Shown piece by piece: positions 22,792-34,449 of a stretch of DNA of 64,000 bases. Source of the DNA: an uncultured Nitrososphaeraceae archaeon. GTDB taxonomy: Archaea; Thermoproteota; Nitrososphaeria; Nitrososphaerales; Nitrososphaeraceae. Under the pieces are notes generated by a model. That model was not told the DNA's origin, did no database searches, and was given only the letters and a program-made list of their open reading frames with translations. The DNA lies in contig CAVZZA010000001.1 in NCBI GenBank assembly GCA_963779615.1, positions 160,001 to 224,000 of the forward strand, read 5' to 3'. The stretch's first letter is position 1. Each line of letters begins with the position of its first letter. The position numbers and the translations under genes were made by a program.

Positions 22792-23545
22792 CACCTTTTT
22801 TATTTATTTGAACTATTTGATACTTCAATTTCTTTTTATGTTTCACAAACACACAAATGACAAGCAGAGCAGTAACATAAACAGGTTGTAGAACATACCT
22901 ATGATGTCTTTTATAGATGCTTTTTAGCAAATTGGTGCATTGTTGAAAGAGTGCATTGTTTAAGGCATTAATTACGTTATTCGTTTGAGTGGGCAGAACG
23001 TTACTGAATGCTCCAATGTGTCGAATGTGTTCCACCATTAAGATACAAACATTCTTTATACCTATCCACTGCCGCAACCCCATAGTCATAGGCTTAAGGA
23101 AAACGTCCATCTTTTTGGTATTAAGGATGCAAGGCTCTGGACAGCCTAATGGGTAGGCTGCACAAGACATGCTGCGGATAAACTTCACTCTTCAAAAGTG
23201 GAAAAAATATAGCCGAAAAAATGCATATATTCCTATCAGTAACGACTGGCACTATTTCCAAACGGCATTCAAAAATGAGATATTCAAAATAGATGGCCAC
23301 GAACCAAACATATCAACCATGTTTCAAGGGGACCGCAACAACCTCAAGATGGGGGTTGAATGCATTCACAGCCGTCACAGCAATAAATGACAGGCAGTCA
23401 AAATGCCATAAACAAATAAAAGCTTTTGTTTTACCTTTCAATGATGTGATATTGTTCTGTTACATACATATAAAGCACAATTTGGGTTATTAAGCCAAAA
23501 AAAATAAGGTTTGCAGGCTATTTGTATGACTGTTTATGGGTGCAA

Positions 23546-23767
23546 TTAATCTGTGCTTTGATCGTCAAATGCAAATTGGAAATTATGTTTGCCTGATGCC
23601 TGTTGTCCTATGTTAGACTGTTGGCAACCTGCAAAAGCACAGATATTTGTTCCCTTTTGTGAATTTTCACTTTTAGATGCATCCGCCTGCATTGTCGTCG
23701 AGGTTATTCCTGCAACTAATAGGGAGGTTATTGCCACCATCATCAACAAAAAAGATATGTTTTTCAT
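23546..23767 (-). CDS. Secreted family protein 3: cassette only, divergent
   Basis: Signal ending MQADA; QKGTNICAFAGCQQSNIGQQASGKHNFQFAFDDQS aligns with the cassette. Confidence 0.65.
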   Translation of the reverse strand: MKNISFLLMMVAITSLLVAGITSTTMQADASKSENSQKGTNICAFAGCQQSNIGQQASGKHNFQFAFDDQSTD

Positions 23768-23889
23768 GTGACTTATAGATGATTTTATTGCATATTAATA
23801 ATGGGTAAATATATACTGCAAATGTTTTAGGAGTTTATTATACTTAAAAAAATAGTATGATTATTATACTTATTTCTATACTAAAAATT

Positions 23890-24469
23890 TAGTCTCATTT
23901 CTTTTTCAGACAGCGTAGCATCATACTGGTCAAACTTTTTTTGCAACCCATCAATCTCAACCTCGCTCCAGATGGAATTTGCAGAGCTCAGCCTGCCAAC
24001 CTCCTCTACGGCTTAATAAAGTTCGCAATTTAGGTCGGTGTTTTCCTGCCATCTTTATAATGCGGGTAATGTCATTTTTTTGGCAGCCCTTCATTTTTTA
24101 ATAACCATCATAGAGATATTCCAGCAGACAGATTCCATTCCTCCCCTGCCTCTCCTTGCAGATGGTCATCAATTTGTCCTAGTTTAGCAGTAGCAGTTAG
24201 TAAGAATACACACCCAAAACCAGACCTGTTTCTATGTTTAGCGAAATTGCAACATCTACAAGGTTCTTGCCATCCTTAGGGTTTGAATGCCATGGAATTT
24301 ATGATTAATTATTACCTTGATAGGACAAATCTCCTCCAGGGTGTATTCCGAATGCCGTTCCAATGTCCTTAAGGGAGACAATGGGCTACCTGCGCTATAT
24401 CCCTAGCATTTTTTCCTCCTCTGCCAGTTTTATTATAAGGCCCTTCTTTTCCTTTCGGGTTAAATTCAC
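23890..24469 (-). pseudogene. Decayed paralogue of the HTH/coiled-coil gene at 32972-33550
   Basis: Fragments MNLTRKEKKGLIIKLAEE, RDIAQVAH and SLKDIG match LSREEKERLVIELA..TREIAK.VHISLRAIG. Confidence 0.65.
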
Positions 24470-24633
24470 TTTTTACACCATACAGATAACCAACTAGTTT
24501 AAAAAGTCCTGATTCCTGATTTTTTGGTTAAAACAGAACGACATTAAAGGATAATAAATCTATACCTATGCCTCTAAACGACAAAAGATTCAAAAGGCTT
24601 AACCTTTAATACTTTTTGTCCCCTACCTTAACC

Positions 24634-24882
24634 ATGTCCCCGCTCTCCAAGTCAGAGGTCCTCTTTCTGCATGGCCAAAAGAAAGTTTCAAAGCCCTACG
24701 AGTACAAGTTAAAGTCCGTCATCAAGAAAAAACTATCCAAACTAGTGGACAAGGAACTTCCCTTGTTATCATCTCTATTCCCCAACCTTAATCTGACCTT
24801 ACCAAAAACGGTCAAGCATTTCGCCCCCTCAGAGCGAGGGTCACGGGTTCAAATCCCGCACTTCGCACCTTTTGGCATTTGA
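24634..24882 (+). CDS. Short ORF running into tRNA-like sequence; putative N-terminal fragment of a split integrase
   Basis: MSPLSKSEVLFLHGQKKVSKPYEYKLKS... closely paralogous to 34036; 3' part translates tRNA sequence (RVQIP). Confidence 0.55.
   Translation: MSPLSKSEVLFLHGQKKVSKPYEYKLKSVIKKKLSKLVDKELPLLSSLFPNLNLTLPKTVKHFAPSERGSRVQIPHFAPFGI
24809..24869 (+). other. 5'-truncated tRNA-like sequence (att-site remnant)
   Basis: CGGTCAAGCAT, TTCGC/GCGAG stem, GGTC, CGGGTTCAAATCCCG, ACTTCGCACC; no 5' acceptor strand. Confidence 0.7.
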
Positions 24883-25194
24883 AATGGGTGATTTGGTGAC
24901 TGGATGGTTGACCAGTCATAATTTGTTATTTTTTCCATGTTGTTTTTGATTAAGACCAACATGGTTTTGAAAAACCATGATTCAGATAAGTTCCTCATAC
25001 CGTTTCCCTAACCTGCCCTAAAATTCCAACTCAACAGATTGACTAAAAAATTATGGGAAATTCTATTAAATAATCATCTCAACTTATTTCATAATGAAAT
25101 TTCGGTAATCTTTACAGGCCAACAATTTCATTAGGAACTTTACGTATAAGGTGACTGATTCCAATTATACCAACAAAAGTACGTTGTTTCATTA

Positions 25195-26743
25195 ATGAAA
25201 AACACAAACAAAATGCTGATGATGGCAGCATGCACATTATTACTAGTTATGGGAACAAGTATTATCCCAATGCAGTCATTTGCAGACAGGGGTGATTACA
25301 AAGATGAAAAAGGCAACGACCTTAAGTCAAAATTAAGTGCAATCGCTGAATCAGACATAAAAGAGCGCAGGTCAAGAAATGGACCAAGACAACCTCTGCT
25401 ACAGGGGCGACGACTGTGAGCAGGCCAACCAGGGACAGCAGATAGTGGGCAAAGACAATGATGCAGAGGGATTCAATGACCAAAGCAGCAGCAACACTCA
25501 ACAAACTACTACGTCTACAACAGCCGGTAATGGCACAACACCAGCACCTATGCCAAAAACAGGTTCCCTTTTAGTCACAAAAAATGTTTTCTGTCCTTTT
25601 GGTTTTACATGTCCACAACCATCAGCTTTTACAATGCATGTCACAGGAACTACGGGTAATAATAATCCCAATCCAAGTTCATTCGCTGGTTCCCCGGATG
25701 GTACCACAGTAACGGTGAATATTGGTACTTACAATGTCACTGAAGATATTCCTACTAATGCACCTGCACAGTTAAAACTGGTGCAAAACTTTAGTGCAGA
25801 TTGCAGTGGCAGCATAAATTCTCCGGGTGAAAACAAAAAATGTGTTGCAATAAACGATTACATACCAAAGCAATATGTATTTTTGTCAAAATGGGGTTCT
25901 TTTGGCACCGGCAATGGGCAGTTTAATGACCCGTCGGGAATTGCAATAAACCCCTCCACAGGCAACGTGTACGTGGCAGATTCAGACAACAACCGCATCC
26001 AGGTGTTTGACAGCAGCGGCACTTTCATCACAAAGTTTGGAACCTCTGGCACCGGCAATGGCCAGTTTGATAGACCTGTTGGCATTGCAATAAACCCCTC
26101 CACAGGCAACGTGTATGTAACAGATTCAGAAAATAATCGTGTACAGGTGTTTGACAGCAGCGGCACTTTCATCACCAAGTGGGGTTCTTTTGGCACCGGC
26201 AATGGGCAGTTTAATCTTCCTTATGGCATTGCGATAAACCCGTCAACAGGCAACGTGTACGTGGCGGACACCGGCAACAACCGCATCCAGGTGTTTGACA
26301 GCGCCGGCAACTTCATCACAAAGTTTGGAACCACTGGCACAGGCAATGGCCAATTTAATTTTCCGTTTGATGTTGCAATAAACCCCTTCACAGGCAATGT
26401 GTATGTAACAGATGATATTAACAACCGCATCCAGGTGTTTGACAGCAGCGGCACTTTCATCACCAAGTGGGGTTCTTTTGGCACCGGCAATGGGCAGTTT
26501 AATCTTCCCGCTGGCATTGCAGTGGAACCCTCCACAGGCAATGTGTTTGTGGTAGATCGGGGAAATAACCGCATCCAGGTGTTTGACAGCAGCGGCACAT
26601 TTATAACAAGTTTCGGATCTTTTGGCACTGGTGATGGACAGATTGCCGCAGCTTGGGGCATTGCTGTGAATCCGTCAACAGGCAATGTGTATGTGGCAGA
26701 CCAGAGCAATCACCGTATACAGGTATTTACTCTGGATCCTTAA
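25195..26743 (+). CDS. Secreted family protein 4: cassette + T-rich linker + Ig/prealbumin-like domain + 6 NHL repeats; frameshift near 25360
   Basis: Signal GTSIIPMQSFA; extra A in the run at ~25359-25362; MDQDNLCYRGDDCEQANQGQQIVGKDNDAEGFNDQS; NHL consensus. Confidence 0.8.
25888..26740 (+). repeat. Six 144-bp (48-aa) NHL tandem repeats
   Basis: GGCACCGGCAATGG recurs at 144-bp spacing with high nucleotide identity. Confidence 0.9.
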
Positions 26744-28085
26744 TTAACACCTAGAATAATTTATAACTATTAATAGGGAAATGAATGAGCAGCAGTCCCA
26801 CCTTTCTTTTATGCGACAAGGAAAACTATGCTTTTTAACAAACACCAAATATCTCATATGAGCCATATTAATTAGTTATTTTTGTAATTTCCATATCAAA
26901 ATTACTCAAAACACGAATTATCCAATTAGATTCCATTCACTTTTGAATCATATCCCTCCGGGCCCGTTATCCATTGGATTCAAATAATTTTTCATTTCCA
27001 ATGACCATAGAAGGGAAGGAAGGAGACAGATTATCGCCTGAAGTTAACAACAGCCATCACAAACACATAGAGAAGAAGACAAAGAATCAGTGACATATAG
27101 CGACACCGGAATTCTATTATTGTCTGACCAGTGCTGACACGCCAGAAAAGCTAACAAAATGGGCTGCCCAGGGTCATGACAAGACATCCGGAATAGCCTT
27201 GTGGTCCTCTTTAGCCACTGAAAAACATGATGGTGAGGGCGATGCTGCCTCCTTTCAGCAATTTATTGCTAACAGCATGGTACTTCCCTCATCCGTGTTT
27301 CATGTTCAACGTCACCATAACCTCCTCTCCCCACATGCAAGCGCATGACGATATTTCCTGCTGCCTACTTGGGTTCTGGATGACCGCGGCATGCAGCACC
27401 CCAGGCAAGCATGGGCATCGATCTCCAAAGCAAACGTGGATGGTCCAGATCCCTCCCCTTCCAGGTGAGCAGCACCCTTCACGTACCCCAAGGTGAGGAC
27501 AACCCGCTTTGGGGTTGTCCCGTAACCATTGCTGGCGTCAAGGGCAGGAGATGCCTATGCGGCACGACACGCTTTACAAAAAAAAGAACCCAACCATTGC
27601 CAAAATGTTTATATATAAGTATAGGGGTTGTGTACTTTTATACACCCTCTTATAATGAATTATCCATAAGTATACTATGTCGACATTGCTTATAACGCAA
27701 AACAGAGCACCGGGCAAGCATTTGCCAACCATTCGTTTGAGGATGGGGTGTTTTTCTGTTGCCACTCACATAGCCACATTCCCGGGGCTGACACAGCATG
27801 TTTGGACCTGGTGTTCGCATACCCATCCACCACGGCGGCAGCATATGCCATCACCCTGGTTTGGACCTATGAATAGTTGTGGTTGTTAGACTGGTCTTTC
27901 TGCAATGCGCCACATCGACGATGCGGTGGTAATTTGCATTACTACCGCAAAAACTTGCAAGGCAAGCCCCCTTGGAAAGACAGCCTGCCTTCAATCCAGG
28001 TGACTGGCGCATGTGTCACTTTCCCTGGTAGTGAGTACATTATCCTGTAGCCCGGGTCAAGTGCCTGGTCCAAAGGTCAAGATCC

Positions 28086-28290
28086 TTAGATTTGCGCCAT
28101 ACCCCCATCGGCGAACAGATCAATGCCTGTGATGAAACTGCTGTCGTCTGAGGCGAGGAACAGGACGACTTTGGCTATTTCATAAGGGCTTCCCATTAGC
28201 CCAACCCATTGGCAAGATAGATGGACAAAAGGCGCCCCCACGAACTGCCCCATTTGTTCGTCAGTCTCTCAGACTGCCCTGGCCCTCTTT
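28086..28290 (-). pseudogene. C-terminal remnant of a short-chain dehydrogenase
   Basis: [31 protein letters not shown]. Confidence 0.7.
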
Positions 28291-28384
28291 GCCCTACATC
28301 ACAAGATGGATTTGGACCATCATCGCCAGTGAAAACTATCAGTCATTTAAAGCCCATAAAATGGTGGCAGGCGCAGTAGGGACA

Positions 28385-30248
28385 TCATCTTATTTGGCTA
28401 AAGTTTGCCGGCACTATATCCGCAGAGGTGATGGTTATCTGCGACTGATTAATAGGTGGCGATGCACTCGCTAGTGCCTCATAGTATGCCTGCCCTCGGG
28501 GAATCACAACACCCACATCTTTTGCGTATGTATCATAAGCGGATATTAATTTCTTCATTATGTCAGGATGTTGATCTGCCACGTTAATCGTTTCAGTGGG
28601 ATTTTCTGTAATATTGACTAACTGCCATTTTCCATCACCCACGGGTGGTTCATGCTTTATAGCTTTCCAATCACCCATGTATACAGCGGAATTGTTGAAC
28701 ATCTCATCTGCCACTGTGTCGTTTTCTCCATATACTCTGTCTGCAGTTCCATTAAAGAGTGCTTTTAATGACTTCCCCATTATTGGATGCACTTCATGTC
28801 CATTATAGGATGAATTCGCGCTCTGAACTCCTGCATATTCCAGAAGGGTAGGAGTGATGTCAGTGACATAGGCAAATGCCTTGATCATTTTTGGATCTGA
28901 CATGTTCGAGCCTGAAGTTGAGGTTGAGGTTGAGGATGAAGATACTCCAGGCTCTTTGAATATAAGTGGAACTCTGGTGCCCCCTTCATATTCGCTTGTC
29001 TTGAATCCAGATAGCGGAGAAGCAGAGGGATCAGCACCCCACGCGGCGTAGTTAATCTGGGATGTCCCGTTACCCAGATTTGATAGTGTATGGTTAACTT
29101 GAGCAACAAACTGAGCCATGCCTGAGCTCATTGAACTGAATTTGATGCCAAGCAGCGGCCCTGGTTCGCTGGTGCCGTTATCGGAAGCAAAAATAATCAG
29201 GGTATTGTCATACTGCCCGGTGTCCTTCAGAAATTGTATCATTCTGCCTATATTTTCATCCATGTTTTCAATCATGGCGGCCCGTACTGCTAATATTCTG
29301 GATGCATAGGATTGTTGTTCTCCTGATAAGCTCTGTCCATGGCTGGTTTGGTGGTATTCTGTCGGGTAGTTTCATATCCGCATTCCAAAATCCAAGTTCC
29401 TTTTGTTTTTCAAACCTCTGTTCCCTTATTTTGTCCCATCCTATACTGTATGTCTTGTCGTATTTGCTTATTGTCTCCTGTGGTGACTGAAAAGGTGAAT
29501 GCGCAACTTGGAAAGACAGATAGGCGAAGAATGGCTTTGCATCGGTAGAATTTTTGATAAATTCCATCATTTTGTCAGTGTACAGATTGTTGGAATAGAG
29601 AGTTTGATTGCCCGGTCTTGGAATGGCTTTACCGTTTTCTGCGAATTGTATTTTTTCAATTGGTGAGTCGGGATAACCGTTAAAGTGGTTGGCTGCACCA
29701 TTGAGCAATGTCAAGCTTTGCTCAAAGCCTCTGTTAAATGGCCAGGTTCCGTTTTCAAAGTGATTCCCTGATAGATGCCACTTGCCAGAGAGATAGGTAT
29801 GATATCCACCATCACGCAACAGCTCCGCAACTGTAACCACTCTATTGTTTATCCAGGTTTCATAGCCAGGCTTACCTACCTGATTTTGAGCAATTAATTC
29901 ATACATGGAACCTATCCCGCCAATATGATGGTCTACACCAGTGAGCAGTGCTACTCTAGCAGGAGAGCAGACCGGTACAGTGTGATAGTTCGTCAAGATC
30001 TTACCATCTTTTGCCAAAGTGTCAAGGTTTGGCGTTGAAATTTCACCGCCAAAAGCGCCTATATCGGAATATCCAAAATCATCACCCACTATCATCAGGA
30101 TATTTGGTCGCGTGTCCCCAGCTGCAGCTGGTTGAGCAGAAACTGGTTGATATGGATCTGATAATGGATGACTCATTACTGGCATGCCAACAAGTCCCAA
30201 GATTAATAAAAACATGAAGTTAATTGACAAAAATGATTGTTTCTTCAA
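28385..30248 (-). CDS. Secreted arylsulfatase (AtsA-like), frameshift near 29330
   Basis: RPNIL.IVGDD.GYSD, CSPAR (CxPxR), GKWHL; second frame has AAMIENMD..IG, SDNG, YEGGTRVP. Confidence 0.9.
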
Positions 30249-30899
30249 TAACCATTATCACAAATATTTTTATTTAAACTTATAGTATAGTATTCATATA
30301 GTGAATATTTCACGACATATCCAAAGTAGATGAAACACAGGAGAGGTAACAATGCAAGGTCAATGGCAAGTTAGCGGCGCTACCTCCGCTAAATCAACAG
30401 GCTGAAAAAAAGGGCATGTGAATTAACATCATTGTCTTAAAGACAATCTAGTGGAAAGTAGTGAAAAGGATCCATTTCATACTCCTGATTACTTCTATGA
30501 GTCAAAGATACAATGAGTCAAGGCATGCCATAATTGTGAATTAATGGACCGACACTGAAAGAGACTTTACTGTAAGATCTACTATTACAATAACTTTACA
30601 AATGAGATCATCTTGCATCCATCGCCAGATGATGCAAAAACTAGGATGTATTCATGGGTAGTAGTGATGGAACAACCGTCCAGAGACAAAAACCAACCAC
30701 AACAGCCGGCAAAGGTCATCAATCTAGGCTTAGATGTATGCACATCTAAACACATTAACAATCTATTACCACAAAGGATACTCGAAAATTTAATAGCATG
30801 CTATCTGCCCTTGTGTGCAACATATCGAGTAAAAACCATTGCTTGATGGGCAATTTGAGAACAGTAAAACCTGCCAAATAAAAAAAATTGTGCTGTGGT

Positions 30900-32515
30900 T
30901 CATCGCCTCATCCAGAAGATATCTTCACTGGTGGCGGGCTCCATGTCCGTCAAGAGCCTGCTCTGCTGGCAGATACATACGCAGGATAAGGTTGAATGAT
31001 CCCTCTGGAGCCGGCAGCCAGTTTGATTCCCTTTCAGGCCCAGGGTTTTTGTTCTGCACATATAGGTCAAGTGAGCCATCGGTGTTGTTCTTTAACCCCT
31101 CTGTGAACATGCCAATCGCATAGCGGTTTATAGGATTGTCTACAAACAACGATTTGTTGTTGTACATTGTGATGGACCAGAATGCGTTTACTGGGGGGGT
31201 TTGTCCCTGATCAAAGTGGATTGTGTAGTTGTTTGAACCGGTGAGAGGCTGCCCTTGGATATCAGTGAATGTTGCAGGATAGAGGGCTTCCTGTCCTATG
31301 TTTGCGCCAAACCCAAGTTTGGTGACTGCGGCACGGAAAAGGTAGTCTGTTCCGTATACACCAGGTGCTGCGTTCACAAGCCATCCGTTAACCTTTTCCC
31401 CGAGGTTGGCCACTTTTGCGTCTATCAGCCTTTCCCCCTCTGTTATGCCCGTTTGCAGCGCCGCCTTTATTGTGTCATTGGCTTCGTTTGATGGCACCTT
31501 GCCGGGGCCAACGCCTATGACGGCAAGCTTGCCGACCAAAGCAGGATCGGGCGGGTTTAGCGGGTTGCCAGTCATTGCCTTGCCAATCTCATCATATATT
31601 TTGATTCCGGTGGAGGGTATGAGGGCAGGTTGCGGTGCGATTGGAACTCCACTCGTTGACGCGTTGACTGATGCCGCTGCTGCTGTTGTTGTGTTGCCTT
31701 GATAGGCTGATAGGGGTGTCAGGCTTGTCTTGTCCTGGATTGCCTGAACATTGGCGACATCCTGCGGTCCCTTCACAAGGGTTCTTTGCAGTATCCATGC
31801 AAGGTTGTTGGGGGTCCATATCTTTGTCATCCCGTCGGGGACCTGCCCGTTCCAGTCAGGGCCTGCAATGAGGTATGTGCCGCCGGTGGACCCTGTGGCC
31901 CGTGTTCCAACGTACGCATAGTCATTTGTGTATGCGTCCAAAAACTCAAATGTGTAATACCTGTCCGAAATTGGCGGAACCTTGAGAACAACTGGCTCTT
32001 TCCTTAGGTCAAGCCAGGCAATGCCATACAGTGTGTCGGCGTTTGGGCTTACAACATCCTTGAAAGTAGCATTTACGAGATCACGTGCAAAGTGGATGTC
32101 ATTTGCAGGACCGCTTCCAAGCACCCCCTTAGCTTGGGTATGGGGACTTGTGAAATAGTCAAAACTTCTTTGCATTGTTATGAGTCGGGTACCCCCAAAT
32201 GTATGCAAGTGTGGCTACATCTTCCGGTTTGTCGGAAGCTGAAAGGTCTGCCATTTTTTTGTTCAGTTCACTACCGGTACTGGTTGAATTACTGGAAACG
32301 GAGGACTGGTTGCTTGATTGAGTTGTTGTTGTCACATTCGATCTAAATGGTGCTTTCACATAAGATGGTTGTGCGAGTGCAAGTACATTGTTGACATTTA
32401 ACGGTTTACAGAAGCAGCAGCGGTAACAGCGGACGATGTCAAAACAGCCATTAGGAGTAAAGATAGAGAAAGGTCTCTTAATTTCATAGATACAAAAAGG
32501 TCTGCCTGTATTCAA
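30900..32515 (-). CDS. DUF1254/DUF1214 secreted protein with frameshifts near 32190 and 30940; ends approximate
   Basis: AYIWGYP, VVSPNADTLY, WLDL..EP.VL.VP, FWSITMY, N.DGS.D.Y, NWLPAP.G.F...LRMYLP. Confidence 0.85.
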
Positions 32516-32971
32516 GATTTCAATCTATGGAGAATATAGACAAAGAGTTGAAAGGTCAATATTCAATCTCGATGGTATTACACATAGTCATCCTTGACAA
32601 ACGTCAACTTGGCAGCACCCTTAATTGTCTTGCCTGCCTACCCCTTTCCAAAAGTATGGCGTCGTAGTCGCCTATCCTTTTTTGTCAGCTCATTCCAGAT
32701 CCCTTTCAAGTTTGGCTTTGTAGAGTTTAGCCTACCGATATCCCCTGCTGTCTCAATGAGGGTTTGGTCAAGATTCCCAAGTTCCCCTGCCTGCTCCATA
32801 CTCTTGTGAATGCCCTTTTTGTTTGCAAGGTCCTCTAGATTTATGTGGCGATAGAGAGAACTCCAGCAAAAAGGCGCTCCATCGCCAATCTCATTCATAC
32901 ATGGCATGTTGGCTGGCGTATCTGAAGGAGGAGGTACCTCTATATCAACACCAGCAGGCCAACCTTTCTGC

Positions 32972-33550
32972 CTATCTTAAAGCATATGACAGTCTTCCCA
33001 CTTCCTTTTCAAGCTCAATCTTCTGCTCATGCAGACCCCAAATGTGGCTGTTGTACAGGTCCACCTTTTTCCTCAAGTCCGAAAGTAGGTGCTGTGCTTT
33101 AAGCAGTTCACCGATGTCCTGCCTGCTCAACCGCTCTTTCTTTGTGCGCCTGTAAAGATGCAGAAAGGGCGACAAGTCACCCCTTAACTCGTTATACAGG
33201 TCCACCAAACTCCCCATTTTCACCAGCCGCAGGTAGTCGCCAAAGTAATGGAGGACTTTTGGGGTATCAAGGTCAAGCTCAATTGCCACGTCTGCCAGAT
33301 CCCTTTTATCCCTGAACATCCTAAATGCCTGGGCATATGGCGAGAGTTTCTTTAGCCGCCTTTGCTTTTCGGCCTCCTCATCGACAGCGGCATCACCCGT
33401 CACCTTGCTTAGAATCTTGCCGATGGCTCTGAGGGATATATGCACCTGCTTGGCGATCTCCCGGGTTGTTTTTCCCTGATGGGCAAGCTCAATCACCAGC
33501 CTCTCCTTTTCCTCTCTGCTTAAAATCAATGCGGTATGTACATATGGCAA
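32972..33550 (-). CDS. HTH plus coiled-coil protein, mobile-element associated
   Basis: GKTTREIAKQVHISLRAIGKIL HTH; second HTH-like LADVAIELDL; GC-richer than the backbone. Confidence 0.75.
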   Translation of the reverse strand: MPYVHTALILSREEKERLVIELAHQGKTTREIAKQVHISLRAIGKILSKVTGDAAVDEEAEKQRRLKKLSPYAQAFRMFRDKRDLADVAIELDLDTPKVLHYFGDYLRLVKMGSLVDLYNELRGDLSPFLHLYRRTKKERLSRQDIGELLKAQHLLSDLRKKVDLYNSHIWGLHEQKIELEKEVGRLSYALR

Positions 33551-33759
33551 ATTTTTTTAAATATGCAAAGGCTGATTCTGTTGATTCCCTGATTTTTTGT
33601 GTCGTAGCATGACGCTGTGGGGAAGTTAATCAACATATGACAAGCGCCACAATGACCAAACAAGTGATGTTTCAAGGCCACACAGGCACCTAGCAACCAA
33701 CAACATGAGCATTGTGTTAGATGCCCATTTCCAATAATTAAAGCCGGCAGGGTTAAGGT

Positions 33760-33995
33760 AGAACATTCAGAACAAGCCAGAACAATTAAGGGGTGTTCTT
33801 TAACAAGGCCCGATTTGGGCTTGTATTTAGGTCACTAAGGTTAGTTTAACCTTATTATTATACAGAACATATAGAACATGATATATTCATATATTATACA
33901 ATATCAAAAAAAACTATGACTCCCAAGCTCAGTCCTCAAAATATTAAAAAAGCAATGGGCATACGGGTACAGATGTTCTAGATGTTCCATGTTCT
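33760..33995. repeat. AGAACA iteron-like repeats: five forward, three inverted (one imperfect)
   Basis: AGAACA at 33760, 33769, 33779, 33864, 33873; ATGTTC(T/C) at 33973, 33982, 33989. Confidence 0.6.
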
Positions 33996-34035
33996 AGGTT
34001 AAGCCTTTAATACTTTTTGCCTCCCTACCTTAAGC

Positions 34036-34449
34036 ATGCCCCTTCTCTCCAAGTCAGAGATTCAGTTCCTTCGGGGCCAAAAGAAGGTTTCAAAGTCCTA
34101 TGGGTACAAGCTAAGGTCCGTCATCAGGAAAAAGGTGGCCAACCTGTTGGACAAGGAGATGCCACTTTTATCAACCCTTTTTCCCAACCTCAACCTTACT
34201 GAATACAGTAAGACGTACAATCACAACCACCTAAACAAAAATCTTACCAGAAACAGTAAGACCTTAACTAATAAAATATTTACAAAAAATCCATCCAAAC
34301 TAAATAAAAAATGTAACAATTCCATAAAAAACCAAGAAAAAATCAAAAGCAACAGCAGCAGCCAAATAATAGCCCGGCCCAGATTCGAACTGGGGTCAAA
34401 GGCTCCAAAGGCCTCTATGCTTGTCCGCTACACTCGGCATTTAATTTAA
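34036..34449 (+). CDS. Short ORF reading antisense through tRNA-Gln; putative N-terminal fragment of a split integrase
   Basis: MPLLSKSEIQFLRGQKKVSKSYGYKLRS...; tail ARPRFELGSKAPKASML is the antisense tRNA translation. Confidence 0.55.
   Translation: MPLLSKSEIQFLRGQKKVSKSYGYKLRSVIRKKVANLLDKEMPLLSTLFPNLNLTEYSKTYNHNHLNKNLTRNSKTLTNKIFTKNPSKLNKKCNNSIKNQEKIKSNSSSQIIARPRFELGSKAPKASMLVRYTRHLI

Noticed and set aside
22800-23500. Possible transposase relic or overlapping short ORFs
   Set aside because: No convincing motif could be reconstructed in any frame.
25888-26740. CRISPR array or DGR template/variable repeat pair
   Set aside because: Repeats are in-frame 144-bp coding units without unique spacers; no cas or reverse transcriptase gene in the window.
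27000-28080. Several overlapping short ORFs in GC-richer DNA
   Set aside because: Look like decayed gene debris; no family recognisable.
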